Shown one piece after another: positions 63,401-64,000 of a stretch of DNA of 64,000 nt. The stretch is from assembly GCA_000708835.1 (NCBI GenBank), contig DF237114.1, positions 62,001-126,000 on the forward strand. Reading direction: 5' to 3'. Positions within the stretch are counted from its first letter, which is position 1. Each line of letters opens with the position of its first letter. Source of the stretch: Klebsormidium nitens (lineage: Eukaryota; Plantae; Klebsormidiophyceae). The notes beneath the pieces are model-generated. The model had not been told where the DNA came from, ran no database searches, and was given only the letters and a program-made list of their open reading frames with translations. Position numbers and translations under genes: made by a program.

Positions 63401-63876
63401 TGGACTGCGCCAGAAGCGCCTTTCCCTTGGCATACAAGTCGCCGACAACGGTTTCTAACTTGAAAAGCATAAAAATGCCAAACTCACAAGAAAGGGGTTG
63501 CGGGATCCCGTACCTTGCCCTGTGGAGAAGCGCAGATCCCAGATGCAAGCTGGATGCCGAGCCACATTCCCGCCACGTAGGAGAGGGCCGAATGCGCCTC
63601 TCCCTTGGCGTACAGATCGCCCAATCGCGTTCTTACTTCAGAGGCAGAAGAAAGCCAAATCTACAAAGAAAAGGGGATTGCAGCGGAGTCCCATACCTTG
63701 CCCTGTGGAGAAGCGCAGATCCCGGACGCGAGCTGGATGCCGAGCCACATTCCCGCCACGTTGGACAGCACCGAAAGGGCCTCTCCCTTAGCGTACAAAT
63801 CGCCCACGTTCCCGTGCTTCGCGAATGCGGTGTAGATGGGGAGGCGGGTGGAGCGGGCGGCCAGGAGAGCGATCCC
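60496..63876 (-). CDS. RUS6: ROOT UVB SENSITIVE 6-like protein (DUF647 / RUS family), last four exons; 5' part lies beyond the window
   Basis: Exons 63876-63697, 62898-62749, 61628-61411 and 60688-60496 give GIALLAARSTRLPIYTAFAKHGNVGDLYAKGEALSVLSNVAGMWLGIQLASGICASPQGK|LLAFPFLSGLHVFCVAQEMRAAPMNFLNAQRTALLVEDF...SPPE|LRYREK...DMVLHRDATGEDAL(K)GWLLAAYV...GWQTKQFHEGAGKRAVW*. These match RUS6 motifs as I recall them. Confidence 0.88.
62611..63622 (-). repeat. Intronic partial copies of RUS6 exon boundaries
   Basis: 62611-62649 copies 62747-62785 (38/39 identical). 63001-63026 copies 62873-62898 (22/26). 63514-63622 and ~63355-63445 copy the exon end 63697-63805. Confidence 0.9.
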
Positions 63877-64000
63877 CTGAACAGAAAAAGAGGGTCAATG
63901 TTTATATTCTTCCTTCCCCGGAGATGAGAACTCGAGATCAAAAGAGTGGAGACTATGAAAAGCGCCATTGGCACTTGTTTAAGTGCTTGGCAAGGAGAAA

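Overview
Intron-rich eukaryotic DNA; the genes resemble streptophyte ones, and a Klebsormidium-like charophyte alga is my inference. All exon coordinates were read by eye from GT-AG boundaries and reading-frame continuity. The window has five genes. (1) A giant + strand gene of at least 43 exons (18514-44450, about 1,920 aa, 5' end unresolved). It encodes alternating Gly/Gln-rich GLLPTVERVVGVGG and elastin-like GGLPGGVG modules, five divergent ~60-aa exon-encoded domains with a beta-grasp-like pattern, a Pro-rich linker, and two C-terminal DUF642 / choice-of-anchor-C-like domains; 38 of its exons are symmetric phase 1. (2) A SnoaL/NTF2-fold gene (-). (3) A mitochondrial-type ribosomal protein uL24 gene (+). 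(4) A plastid HAD phosphatase of the PYRP2/At4g11570 type (+). (5) The 3' part of a RUS6 (DUF647) gene (-). There are also several non-autonomous DNA elements, a perfect intronic hairpin, and a recurring pattern of partial exon-boundary duplications ('exon echoes') inside introns of two unrelated genes. Bases 1-14,000 hold only decayed, duplicated ORF fragments that I could not assign. I saw no rRNA, tRNA or CRISPR.
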